Shown: positions 27,867-36,600 of the stretch, one piece after another | Position numbering within the stretch: position 1 is the first letter of the stretch | How the letters are laid out: every line of letters begins with the position of its first letter | Origin: Methanobacteriota archaeon | GTDB lineage: Archaea; Thermoplasmatota; Poseidoniia; Poseidoniales; Poseidoniaceae | NCBI GenBank assembly: GCA_038104845.1 | Contig: JAYOBJ010000006.1 | Coordinates: 10,994-74,993 of the forward strand | Reading direction: 5' to 3' | DNA: 64,000 nucleotides | The notes under the pieces: generated by a model | Database searches by the model: none | What the model was told of the DNA's origin: nothing | What the model saw: only the letters and a program-made list of their open reading frames with translations | Made by a program: the position numbers and the translations under genes

Positions 27867-28191
27867 CCGCCTGCTCCGACCTCTCGCCGAAATGCGAGCG
27901 GTTCGCTCGGTCACGTTGTTGGACACCGATGGGTTTCTGATTCACACCACGTCATCGGACGCCACCAACAGCGAGGCACAGCGGTTGCGATGGTCCCGCT
28001 TGTGCAAGGAGCGAGGGGGTGAACGCATCACCATGGTGTTTGAACGCGGCGTGGTGGTGGTGGGCACCGCACCGCTGGGTGTGCTGCTCGTCCATGCGGC
28101 GCACGAGGTCAACCTTGGTGCTCTTTACACCCTCTACGAGACGACACTTGAATCGATTCGGGACACCGGCCGCCGCCGAGACCCCCCATGA
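27814..28191 (+). CDS. Roadblock/LC7 (MglB-like) domain protein
   Basis: LRPLAEMRAVRSVTLLDTDGFLIH...ITMVFERGVVVVGTAPLGVLLVHA follows the Roadblock pattern. Its 5' end overlaps the GNAT gene by 32-53 nt, depending on which start is used. Confidence 0.7.
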   Translation: MIMEKTMMRSAGVNTVFDRLLRPLAEMRAVRSVTLLDTDGFLIHTTSSDATNSEAQRLRWSRLCKERGGERITMVFERGVVVVGTAPLGVLLVHAAHEVNLGALYTLYETTLESIRDTGRRRDPP

Positions 28192-28264
28192 GGGTTAAAT
28201 GGGGGTGGTCGTTGGCCTGCGTTGCGGGAGGAAGGGATTCCTCCCCGAACAGGTGCGATGTACG

Positions 28265-29140
28265 ATGACGGAACTCAAAGGTCTTCTCGAAGAACGACGT
28301 AAAATGGTGGACAAGAAGGCCACGCATCACCGTGAAATCCGAGACGACTGGAACGCCAAAACCAAGGAGTACACCACCACACGAAACGACCTCAACAACG
28401 AGGTCCGTGAACTCATCGTCCAGGTCCGTGAACAACGCGACCTCCGTGACCAAATGAACGAAATGGTTCGTGAAAAGAAGAAGGTGCGTGAAGAAGCCAA
28501 TCAGCGCGTCCGAGACGCCAAAGATGCCTCTCGCACCAACCAACCCGAGCAACCTCAGCAATTTGACCGACGCGGCCGCCCCATTCGCCCCGACACCGTT
28601 CAATCCGTGACCCGAACCATGCAGCGCTTGGAACGGGAATTCGAACAAGGCAAGCACACCGGAAAAAACGAAACGAAGTACTTCAAGCGGATGAAAGAAC
28701 TCAGTGCGAAGCTGAAGAAACTCAAGGAAGAGCAATCCTCCATGACCGAGGGCGAGGGCAACGAAGCCCTTCGTCAAGCCATGGCCGACCAAGAAGCCGC
28801 CCACACGGCCGTGAAGGAAGCTGCCGATGCTGCTCAAAGCGCACACGATTTGATGATCGAGTGGAACACTGAGGTTGACAAGCAGCGTGAGAAGGCCGAG
28901 GCCGCTCACCGCCGGTTGCGTACCTCCAAGAAAGAAGCTGACAAAGAGCACAGCCTCTACATCGTCTCGCTTCGATGCCTGCACTCCATTCAAGACATCC
29001 TCCGTGCCATGCGTGGCGCCAGCGAGGGCGGTGGTCAGCGCCAATCCTCCAGCGAAGAAACGCAGGACTTGATGGCTAAATTGCTCTCCGGCGGCACCCT
29101 GTCCACCGAGGAACTGATGCAGCTCCAGCGGTTTGACTGA
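28265..29140 (+). CDS. Archaeal coiled-coil protein (COG1340-like), paralogue C
   Basis: MTELKGLLEERRKMVDKKATHHREIRDDWNAKTKEY... Central RTMQRLEREFEQGKHTGKNETKYFKRMKEL. An alternative upstream ATG exists at 28199. Confidence 0.7.
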   Translation: MTELKGLLEERRKMVDKKATHHREIRDDWNAKTKEYTTTRNDLNNEVRELIVQVREQRDLRDQMNEMVREKKKVREEANQRVRDAKDASRTNQPEQPQQFDRRGRPIRPDTVQSVTRTMQRLEREFEQGKHTGKNETKYFKRMKELSAKLKKLKEEQSSMTEGEGNEALRQAMADQEAAHTAVKEAADAAQSAHDLMIEWNTEVDKQREKAEAAHRRLRTSKKEADKEHSLYIVSLRCLHSIQDILRAMRGASEGGGQRQSSSEETQDLMAKLLSGGTLSTEELMQLQRFD

Positions 29141-29201
29141 ATGGAACCGAGGGAACACATCAAGAACCTCAACGCACAGCCAGTATTGGACGTGAGTTTC
29201 C

Positions 29202-30359
29202 ATGATTGGGCAAGACGACATCGCCGCCTTGGTTGAAGAATACGACCGTCTGAAACTTCGCATCGGCATGACGGCCTCGCACTCGGCCTTGGACATCTGC
29301 GATGGCGCCATTGAGGAGGGCTTTCCCACCGTGGCGTACTGCAAGGAAGGTCGTCACAAAACCTATGCGAATTACTTCAAAACCCACCGAAGCCACTCCG
29401 GCCGTGTTCGCCGTGGGATGGTGGACAAGGCCATCGTGATGAAGGAATTCAACGATGTCATGGCCCCAAGCATGCAGGAAGAGATGCGGAAGCGCAACGT
29501 CATTTACATCCCCAACCGATCGTTCACCTCCTACTCCAACATCACGGACATTGAGGAACATTTTCACATTCCCATGTTCGGATCCCGCAACATGCTCCGC
29601 ATGGAAGAGCGCACCGAAGAACAGGATTACTATTGGATTCTCGAAAAGGCCGGCCTCCCCTACCCCGAGAAGATCGACCGGCCCGAAGACATCGATTGTT
29701 TGGTCATCGTGAAGTTGCACCACGCTCAGAAAAAACTGGAACGTGGGTTCTTCACCTGCGCCTCGTTCAAAGAATATCAGGACAAATCCGCCGCGTTGTT
29801 GGCAGAAGGTGTCATTGACCAAGCCTCCCTCGACGGCGCCCGCATCGAACGCTACGTCATTGGCCCCGTGTTCAACCTGAACTTCTTCTACAGCCCGCTG
29901 GCCGAAGAAGGCGAGCGCCTGGAGTTGCTCGGCGTGGATTGGCGCTTTGAATCCTCCTTGGATGGCCATGTTCGCCTTCCTGCACCGCAACAGATGACCA
30001 TGCCCATTCATCAGCAAATCCCTGAGATGACCGTCGTGGGCCACAACACCGCCACGATCCGTGAATCCCTGCTGGAAAAAGCGTTTGAGTTGGGCGAACG
30101 CTTCATCAAGGCCAGCAAAGAGCATTACGATCCTGGTATCATCGGCCCCTTCTGCTTGCAAACCTGCATTGACAAGGACATGAACTACTACATTTACGAC
30201 GTCGCTCCTCGCCTCGGTGGAGGCACCAACGTCCACGTGAGTGTAGGCCACCCTTACGGAAATGCGCTGTGGCGAAAACCGATGTCAAGTGGCCGGCGAA
30301 TTGCCATGGAATTGCGAATGGCAGCAGAGCAGGACCGTCTGCTCGAAGTGTTGACGTGA
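29202..30359 (+). CDS. purP: 5-formaminoimidazole-4-carboxamide ribonucleotide (FAICAR) synthetase PurP, ATP-grasp
   Basis: IGMTASHSALDICDGAIEEGFPTVAYC and overall length/pattern of the archaea-specific PurP. Confidence 0.88.
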   Translation: MIGQDDIAALVEEYDRLKLRIGMTASHSALDICDGAIEEGFPTVAYCKEGRHKTYANYFKTHRSHSGRVRRGMVDKAIVMKEFNDVMAPSMQEEMRKRNVIYIPNRSFTSYSNITDIEEHFHIPMFGSRNMLRMEERTEEQDYYWILEKAGLPYPEKIDRPEDIDCLVIVKLHHAQKKLERGFFTCASFKEYQDKSAALLAEGVIDQASLDGARIERYVIGPVFNLNFFYSPLAEEGERLELLGVDWRFESSLDGHVRLPAPQQMTMPIHQQIPEMTVVGHNTATIRESLLEKAFELGERFIKASKEHYDPGIIGPFCLQTCIDKDMNYYIYDVAPRLGGGTNVHVSVGHPYGNALWRKPMSSGRRIAMELRMAAEQDRLLEVLT

Positions 30360-30415
30360 GTGCCACGCAGCCCACTTCGCCATCCACGGAGAACCACCAG
30401 CTCGCCTGGTGCAAC

Positions 30416-31012
30416 TCAATCCAATTGTGCGCTGTACCCAGAGACAGGTGATTCTGCCCCCATCCATGCTTGAATGGACTCGGGGTCGTCCCACAAACCG
30501 ATGCGGACCGCCAACACGGTGCCGTTCTCGACCAGGACCACGTGCGGTATGCCTTGCACCTGCATCGCCGATCCAAGCCAAGGTGCGTGGATGAACGGAC
30601 GGTTGATGGTGCGGTTGAGTTCATCCTCCATGTGATCCTTCCAAGCGGTCATGTTGTCGTCCGACTCGTCCTTGTTGAACACCAGAAGTTGACCACCGGG
30701 CACCGCAACGTCCAACGCATCCAAGGTGGGTTTGCAATGGGTGCACCAGTACGCTGAAAGGTAAGCCACCCAACGGCCAGTGCCGTTGGAGGAGGACAAG
30801 TTGTGTGCCACCCCGGTGTCGTCGGTCAGGTTGAACGACGGGAAGGCACAGGACAGGTTCCATTCAGGGTAGTCCGGGCCGTCGCATGAAACGGTTTCCA
30901 CCTCTGGAGGATCCTCAAGCGCAGAGTGGTCGGAGGATGACGTCAAACACCCTGCAAAGGGAGCCAACACACACAGCAACACCATGAGGAGCGATCGGTG
31001 CAGGGTTGTCAT
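30416..31012 (-). CDS. Secreted TlpA/redoxin-like thiol:disulfide oxidoreductase (lipoprotein-like signal)
   Basis: MTTLHRSLLMVLLCVLAPFAGC lipobox-like signal. Thioredoxin-fold active site YWCTHCK. Confidence 0.8.
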   Translation of the reverse strand: MTTLHRSLLMVLLCVLAPFAGCLTSSSDHSALEDPPEVETVSCDGPDYPEWNLSCAFPSFNLTDDTGVAHNLSSSNGTGRWVAYLSAYWCTHCKPTLDALDVAVPGGQLLVFNKDESDDNMTAWKDHMEDELNRTINRPFIHAPWLGSAMQVQGIPHVVLVENGTVLAVRIGLWDDPESIQAWMGAESPVSGYSAQLD

Positions 31013-31058
31013 GATGTCGCGGTTGAAACCGGAGCATTTGAAGGCTCGGCACACAGGT

Positions 31059-31592
31059 TCAGTCCACCAATCCATGGCCGATCAAAAGCAAAACGACGGC
31101 GACGATGGACAACGACCGTGAGATGTGGAGCAAGCGTGCATTGCGCTTGACAAAACGCGGTGACTTGCTCCAGGTCATCGCAGAACCGGACAGCACCACG
31201 ACCCACATCGCTCCCGTACCGACCCACAAGGTCCAATGCCATTCCAACACCCAGCCGTGGACGGTACCCAGCAAGGCAGCACCAAAACCCACCCAATTGT
31301 GGGCCCGCATGTACCACCGGTTCACCTTGCTCAAGCGCTGTTTGAAGGGGCGAGGTTCCTGATTGAACAATTCAGCACCGTTTTTCCTCAACCATTTGAA
31401 CGCTGGCCGCCACACCACGATGGCGAGGGTGGCGATGAGCAACACCTTCGCTGCCTCACCCAACCCCTCGGCATCAACGCCCAACACCGTGGCGTCATCG
31501 TCATCCTCCTCCTCGTCGTCCCCGTCCGCATAGGCGGTTGGCAACAGCAACATCAGCAAGATGAGCCAGAGGACCGGACGACGTGAAATCAC
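31059..31592 (-). CDS. Membrane protein with paired intramembrane histidines (possible b-type heme binding), acidic N-terminal stretch
   Basis: GTG start and signal-like N-terminus. DGDDEEEDDDDA. Four hydrophobic helices, two of which carry His pairs (HNWVGFGAALLGTVH; HISRSLSIVAVVLLLIGH). Confidence 0.6.
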   Translation of the reverse strand: MISRRPVLWLILLMLLLPTAYADGDDEEEDDDDATVLGVDAEGLGEAAKVLLIATLAIVVWRPAFKWLRKNGAELFNQEPRPFKQRLSKVNRWYMRAHNWVGFGAALLGTVHGWVLEWHWTLWVGTGAMWVVVLSGSAMTWSKSPRFVKRNARLLHISRSLSIVAVVLLLIGHGLVD

Positions 31593-31776
31593 ATACAGAT
31601 GGAGGGGGACGAAGTTCTTGAAACCAACCCAGAAAGCCCCGCCGCATGTTCAACACTCTCACAGCCGACAGGCTGCTCAACCGCACAACACGTTCGGATG
31701 AACCGAGGCCCCTTGCCTTACGTGCAGGAATCGATCGACGAACAAGCCATGCTGTTCTGTGTTCAACGCGCAGAAT

Positions 31777-34700
31777 TCACTGTTCAAACGGCATCCAAGC
31801 TTGGGAACCGCTGTCGAAGTAGGACAGGTTGCCCTCGGCGTCCTTGGACCAGTGCACTCCGTTCTCCTCCCATTGCAGGGGCTGTTGCGTGGCAGCTTCG
31901 AGCGAGGGCAACGCCTTGTCCGACGCCGCCATGTGCATCTCGGTGACGGCATCCATGGTGTTGGTGGCTTCGGCGAAGGCCGACATGGGGTCGGTGTTCT
32001 GCTTCCGCATCACCGTGAAGCCTGCACCACCAATGAGGGCCATGACGACCAAAGCGATGAGCCCGTACATCATGCCGCTGCCGCCTTCCTCCACCACCGC
32101 CAGGGATTGTGTGGGGTCTTCAGGGAACGCATCGTAGCGGTCGGCCACGCCGTCACCGTCAGTGTCCACCGATTCGTTGGCATCGAACTTGAAGGCGTCC
32201 TCTGCGTCGTTGACACCGTCGCCGTCGGAATCCTTCTGCGACAGTGCACATCCTTCGTCGTCGACCAGCTCGCCTTCAGCCGTGTTGATGCAGGTGTCCA
32301 AGTGATCCTTGACGCCGTCGCCATCGGTGTCCTTTTGCCGGTCAGCACAGCCGTCGAGGTCCACCGAGTCACCGGCGAGCGTATCGGGGCACAGGTCACG
32401 TGCATTGTCAATGTCGTCGTTGTCCTCGTCCTTTTGCGAGGCGGAACAGCCGACTTGATCGGCTTGTTCGCCGGCCGGCGTGATGCGGCACAGGTCGTCG
32501 CTGTTGGGAATCCCGTCATTGTCGTCATCCAGTTGCGTATTGGCGCAACCGGTCAGGTCCACTTCGGCACCGTTAGCGGTGCCGGGGCACTGATCGAGCA
32601 AATCGTTCACCAAATCACCGTCGGTGTCCTTCTGCGAGGGCGAGCATCCAACGGCGTCGGGTGTCTCGCTCATCGAGGTCCCGTCGCAGACGTCGTTCGC
32701 ATCGTTGACCCCATCACCGTCGGTGTCCCGTTCGTTGGCAGCGCAGCCCACGCCGTTGACGATGCTTCCAGCGGTGGTGGTGGGGCACTGGTCGATGTTG
32801 TCCGTGATGGTGTCACCGTCGGTGTCCAATTGATAGAGCGCACAACCAGCAGCGTCAACGGTGCTCCCCAACGTGGTGCTGGGACAGGCATCGAACGCGT
32901 CCATCACGCCGTCGTTGTCGGCGTCTTCCTGACTTCCCGAGCATCCAACGGCGTCCACCGTTTCACCGGCCGGTGTGTCGGGGCAGGCATCGTTGCGATC
33001 GCTGACACCGTCCATGTCGGCATCGAGTTGGGAGGCGGAGCACCCTTCGCTGTCCACGGCTTCACCGGGCGGCGTGTTGAGGCAGCGGTCGGGGGCATTG
33101 CCATTGGCGTTGTCGCCGTACCCGTCGCCATCGGCGTCAAACCATTGGGTCGGGTCGGCCGGGAATGCATCGGCGTTCAGGCCTGCGGCGTTGTCGCCGT
33201 AACCGTCGCCGTCACCGTCGGCCCACTGGGTGGAATCGTTGGGAAACGCATCGGGGTCCGTGCCGGCTTGGTTGTCACCGTAGCCGTCGCCGTCGGCGTC
33301 GAACCACTGGCTGACGTCGTTGGGGAACTTGTCACCGTTGTTACCGTTGGGGTTGTCGCCGTAGCCATCGCCGTCCGTGTCGTGCCACTGGGTGTTGTCG
33401 TTGGGGAAGGCATCGGAATCCGTGCCGGTGGCGTTGTCACCGTACCCATCGCCGTCGACATCGCTCCATTGCGTGGCGTCCGTGGGGAAGGCATCCCCGT
33501 TGGTTCCAGCAGGGTTGTCACCGTAGCCGTCCCCGTCCATGTCCTCCCATTGGGTGCTGTCAGCCGGCCAAAGGTCGGGGTAGTTGCCGTTGGGGTTGTC
33601 GCCGTAGCCGTCACCGTCGGTGTCCGACCATTGCGTGGCGTCCTGTGGGAAAGCGTCGGGGGCGTTGCCGGTGGCGTTGTCGCCGTACCCGTCACCGTCT
33701 GCGTCGCTCCACTGCGAGCTGTCGGTGGGGAAGGCGTCGGCCATGTTGCCCGATGCATTGTCGCCGTAGCCGTCACCGTCCATGTCCGACCATTGGGTGC
33801 TGTCGTTGGGGAAATCGTCGACTGCATCGTTGTACCCATCGCCGTCGGTGTCTTTCTGCGAGAGCGCACAGCCGTTGGCATCGACCGGAGTCGAGGGTGC
33901 GGTGTTGTTGCAGAGGTCGACCTCGTTGGCAACACCGTCGTTGTCGTCGTCAAACACCAATTGGAAGCAGGCATCGTCACCCGGGAGCTGTTGCATGCTG
34001 TTGGTGTAGAGGTCAATGACCACGCAGTAGGTACCGGAGGTGGTGGGGGTCGTGTAGTTGAACATCGGCAGGGACATGTTTTGCGAGGTGGCCGTGAAGG
34101 CGGTCACCGAGGACGAAGCGAGGACCGCTCCACCGGCGTCGGTGACGGCGTACTGGTAGCGGTACGTGTCGCTCACGACCAGGTCAAGGCCTTTCGCACG
34201 CACGTTGTTGGAGGCTGCGGTTGAACTGGCCGAATACGAATCGATCAGCAAACTGGGCAGCTGCGGGAAGAAGGCGTCGAAATGGCCGCCGGTCACGTTT
34301 TCGTTGGTGACCACGTCGACCATCGTTCCGTTGACGGACAGACTTGCGAACAGCAGGTGTTCATCCAACGACAGGGGGTTGGACCAGTTGATTTGGTAGG
34401 TGGCCGAGGATGCTGTTGGTGCGAGCGTCCACATGTCGCTGTCGTGCATGGAGGCGTTGATGGCGTCGTAGGGATTGTTCGACACCGTCACGTTGTCGAG
34501 GAACGTGTCGTAATTGAGGACCATCCACCGCACGTCGTAGGTGGTGGATGTGGACAGATTGGTCAGCTCAATCGCCCCTGTGGTCGAAGAGGTGCTCATC
34601 GCCTCGACGTTTTCGATGTACAGTTCAGCCGTGTCGCTGTTTTGAGGTGCACCCCCCGGGCCAAACAGCGTGGCAGCGACGGTCAGCGTGGACTCGTCCA

Positions 34701-35871
34701 TGTCCGGCATGAACGAGATGTTGACGCTGTGCGTGGTGTTGGCTGCAGTGAAGGACCCCGTGGTTGATGTGGCCCAACTCGTCGAATCATCGTAGAACAC
34801 TTGACCGTAGGTGTGGTTGTAACCGTAGTTCGATCCTGCGGTCAGACCGGCGAACTCGAGCGTGGCGTGTGTGGCGTTGTGCAGGACAACCTCGACGATT
34901 TCTGCGGTCTGGCCGCCACCGGGGTTGTCGGTGGTGATTTCAATGTCGTAGGTGTTGGCGAACGTGGTTCCACCAAATCCGGTGTAACCGTACACGTCGA
35001 CGTAGGTGGTTTGGTTGACGGCCGCCGTGTGCGACATGGATTCAATGTTGGACGTGCTGGTGGAACTGTCGATGAAATTGCCCCCTGCATCGTCCCATCC
35101 GACATCGATGTCCCCGTTGGCGTCGATGAACGTGATGTTGACGTAATAGGTGACGCCCGCGATGGTGTCGATCTCGAAGAAGTCAACATCGGTGGCTGAA
35201 TCGATGGAAAGCCCCGTGCAGATCATGGGCAGCAAGGAGGCAGAGGTCGCCGTTGCCGTGGTGTCGTTGGGCTCCAACACATCGGGGAGCACGCTGTTGT
35301 TGCCTGAGCAGTTCACCACGGAAGTGAAGTTTCCACCACCGCCACCGGTGCCGCCCGTACCGTTCGACACGGTGAATTTGTACAGCGTGAGGGACCAACT
35401 CCCCGAACCGGAATACCTCGATATGTCGATGTAAACCATCGCACCTGCGCCGCCGGTGGTGTTGGTTGAAAGGGTCTCCGGGTTGCCAAACAACGACTCG
35501 CCCAAGAAATTTTGATTGCTGTCCAAGAAGGTGAGGTCAAAGTCGTTCGTGACGGTGGTGCTGTTGTTGAACGTGGTCGTGGAAGGGAACGAAAGGCTGG
35601 CCGACAAACCCTGGTTTGAATTCAACGACACGCGGATGATGTCGTTGTCGTCACCCCACGTCAGTTCACCGGTGCCTGAATAGGAGCCCGAGAAGATGTA
35701 GTTCGTGATGCTCACGCTGGTGTTGTCGGGCAGGTCGCCGCCAGAGTTCAAGTCGTTTTGGTTCGCCCCAACCGCACTCACGGAAGGCGTCATGGCCGTG
35801 GCCAACAACGACAACAAGAGCATGAAGGTCAAGGACAGGCTGTGGATACGGGAAGAGGCTTCGCCGCTCAT
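31777..35871 (-). CDS. Giant (1364 aa) surface protein: N-terminal beta-rich domains, 9x 27-aa DGDGYGDN repeats, Cys-containing thrombospondin-type-3 repeats, TM anchor, 76-aa cytoplasmic tail
   Basis: Signal peptide SLSLTFMLLLSLLATAMTPSVSA. Repeats counted in translation. TM MMYGLIALVVMALIGGAGFTVM followed by RK. Confidence 0.9.
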   Translation of the reverse strand: MSGEASSRIHSLSLTFMLLLSLLATAMTPSVSAVGANQNDLNSGGDLPDNTSVSITNYIFSGSYSGTGELTWGDDNDIIRVSLNSNQGLSASLSFPSTTTFNNSTTVTNDFDLTFLDSNQNFLGESLFGNPETLSTNTTGGAGAMVYIDISRYSGSGSWSLTLYKFTVSNGTGGTGGGGGNFTSVVNCSGNNSVLPDVLEPNDTTATATSASLLPMICTGLSIDSATDVDFFEIDTIAGVTYYVNITFIDANGDIDVGWDDAGGNFIDSSTSTSNIESMSHTAAVNQTTYVDVYGYTGFGGTTFANTYDIEITTDNPGGGQTAEIVEVVLHNATHATLEFAGLTAGSNYGYNHTYGQVFYDDSTSWATSTTGSFTAANTTHSVNISFMPDMDESTLTVAATLFGPGGAPQNSDTAELYIENVEAMSTSSTTGAIELTNLSTSTTYDVRWMVLNYDTFLDNVTVSNNPYDAINASMHDSDMWTLAPTASSATYQINWSNPLSLDEHLLFASLSVNGTMVDVVTNENVTGGHFDAFFPQLPSLLIDSYSASSTAASNNVRAKGLDLVVSDTYRYQYAVTDAGGAVLASSSVTAFTATSQNMSLPMFNYTTPTTSGTYCVVIDLYTNSMQQLPGDDACFQLVFDDDNDGVANEVDLCNNTAPSTPVDANGCALSQKDTDGDGYNDAVDDFPNDSTQWSDMDGDGYGDNASGNMADAFPTDSSQWSDADGDGYGDNATGNAPDAFPQDATQWSDTDGDGYGDNPNGNYPDLWPADSTQWEDMDGDGYGDNPAGTNGDAFPTDATQWSDVDGDGYGDNATGTDSDAFPNDNTQWHDTDGDGYGDNPNGNNGDKFPNDVSQWFDADGDGYGDNQAGTDPDAFPNDSTQWADGDGDGYGDNAAGLNADAFPADPTQWFDADGDGYGDNANGNAPDRCLNTPPGEAVDSEGCSASQLDADMDGVSDRNDACPDTPAGETVDAVGCSGSQEDADNDGVMDAFDACPSTTLGSTVDAAGCALYQLDTDGDTITDNIDQCPTTTAGSIVNGVGCAANERDTDGDGVNDANDVCDGTSMSETPDAVGCSPSQKDTDGDLVNDLLDQCPGTANGAEVDLTGCANTQLDDDNDGIPNSDDLCRITPAGEQADQVGCSASQKDEDNDDIDNARDLCPDTLAGDSVDLDGCADRQKDTDGDGVKDHLDTCINTAEGELVDDEGCALSQKDSDGDGVNDAEDAFKFDANESVDTDGDGVADRYDAFPEDPTQSLAVVEEGGSGMMYGLIALVVMALIGGAGFTVMRKQNTDPMSAFAEATNTMDAVTEMHMAASDKALPSLEAATQQPLQWEENGVHWSKDAEGNLSYFDSGSQAWMPFEQ
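32122..33090 (-). repeat. Cys-containing thrombospondin-type-3-like coding repeats (GCxxSQxDxDxDGVxDxxDxCP)
   Basis: Residues ~928-1250 of the giant protein; about 9 degenerate units. Confidence 0.75.
33091..33819 (-). repeat. Nine tandem 81-nt (27-aa) coding repeats, consensus DAFPxDxTQWxDxDGDGYGDNxxGxxx
   Basis: Residues 685-927 of the giant protein form nine consecutive in-register copies. Confidence 0.9.
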
Positions 35872-35892
35872 GGTGTCAAGGGTTTTCCGATG

Positions 35893-35902
35893 GTATATGA
35901 TA
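35893..35902 (-). promoter_or_regulatory. Candidate TATA box for the giant surface-protein gene (near-leaderless transcript)
   Basis: The minus strand reads ATCATATACC, 22-31 nt upstream of the ATG at 35871. It is embedded in the inverted repeat GGTAT-ATG-ATACC. Confidence 0.3.
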
Positions 35903-35909
35903 CCTCTCG

Positions 35910-36149
35910 CTAAATGGCGGTGGGTGCGACATGGCCGTCCCCCTTGTCGTCGGGTTGACGGACACGGGACCAGACGCCTCCCATGAGTTCATCGTGGTGC
36001 GCTTGGCAATAGTGGAACCGTCGGTAGGCTTCACGGAAGGAATAAGCCTTCTTTCCGGTGGCAACGAGAAAACCTTCGGGGGACAAACGAGAGACGATGG
36101 TCCCCTCAGCATCGCATCCGGGAAGGTCGCAGGCTGGGCCGTCGCTCAT
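35910..36149 (-). CDS. Small Cys/His-containing hypothetical protein
   Basis: MSDGPACDLPGCDAEG...RRFHYCQAHHDE. 79 aa, last gene after the BCCP gene. Confidence 0.4.
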   Translation of the reverse strand: MSDGPACDLPGCDAEGTIVSRLSPEGFLVATGKKAYSFREAYRRFHYCQAHHDELMGGVWSRVRQPDDKGDGHVAPTAI

Positions 36150-36185
36150 GTTCAACACTCGGGTCCACAACTAATGAACTCTTGC

Positions 36186-36596
36186 TCAAGCGTCATCGTC
36201 GGGCGAAGGCTCGGGCTCAATGACCACCAAAGGCACATTGGCTTCAATGGCTTCGCCTTCCGAGCATTGGACGGAGATCACCGTACCGGTCACGGGTGCT
36301 TGGATCTCGTTCTGCATCTTCATGGCCTCAAGAATGAGTACGACTTGCCCTTCCGTGACCTGTTGACCTTCCTCCACCTCGACGGTGACCACCTTGCCGG
36401 GGATGTTGGCCGAAACGGTGCCGGACTTCTTCTTCTTTCGCCCACCCGAGCGTTTCGCCTTGGCAGCGGGTGCAGCATTGGGCACTTCGATCTCGAAGAC
36501 CTGACCGTCCACGGTCGCCTTCCAGATCGTCCCGTCGGTTTCAAGCTCCACCGTGTATTCCGTGCCGTTGACCTTCACCGTGTGTGTTTCCGTCAT
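36186..36596 (-). CDS. Biotin carboxyl carrier / biotinyl-domain protein
   Basis: C-terminal biotinyl domain with the EAMKMQNEI biotin-attachment motif, a Lys/Ala-rich linker and an N-terminal small beta domain. Confidence 0.85.
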   Translation of the reverse strand: MTETHTVKVNGTEYTVELETDGTIWKATVDGQVFEIEVPNAAPAAKAKRSGGRKKKKSGTVSANIPGKVVTVEVEEGQQVTEGQVVLILEAMKMQNEIQAPVTGTVISVQCSEGEAIEANVPLVVIEPEPSPDDDA

Positions 36597-36600
36597 TCGT

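Noticed and set aside
31786-31875. WW-domain-like pattern (W...YF...W.P) in the cytoplasmic tail of the giant protein
   Set aside because: The spacing between the tryptophans (24 residues from the first, 17 from the second) does not fit the canonical 20-22. WW domains are essentially eukaryotic. I treat it as an aromatic motif only.
33091-33819. Regular 81-nt tandem repeats, considered as a possible CRISPR or satellite array
   Set aside because: There are no unique spacers. The repeats are in-frame protein repeats (DGDGYGDN) inside a continuous ORF.
31759-34224. 821-aa plus-strand ORF, plus several shorter ORFs nearby
   Set aside because: It lies antisense to the giant repeat protein. Its translation is low-complexity (Val/Gly/Arg-rich) and has no motifs. 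The minus-strand frame gives a signal peptide, recognisable TSP3 repeats and a TM anchor. This is the typical shadow ORF of GC-rich coding DNA.
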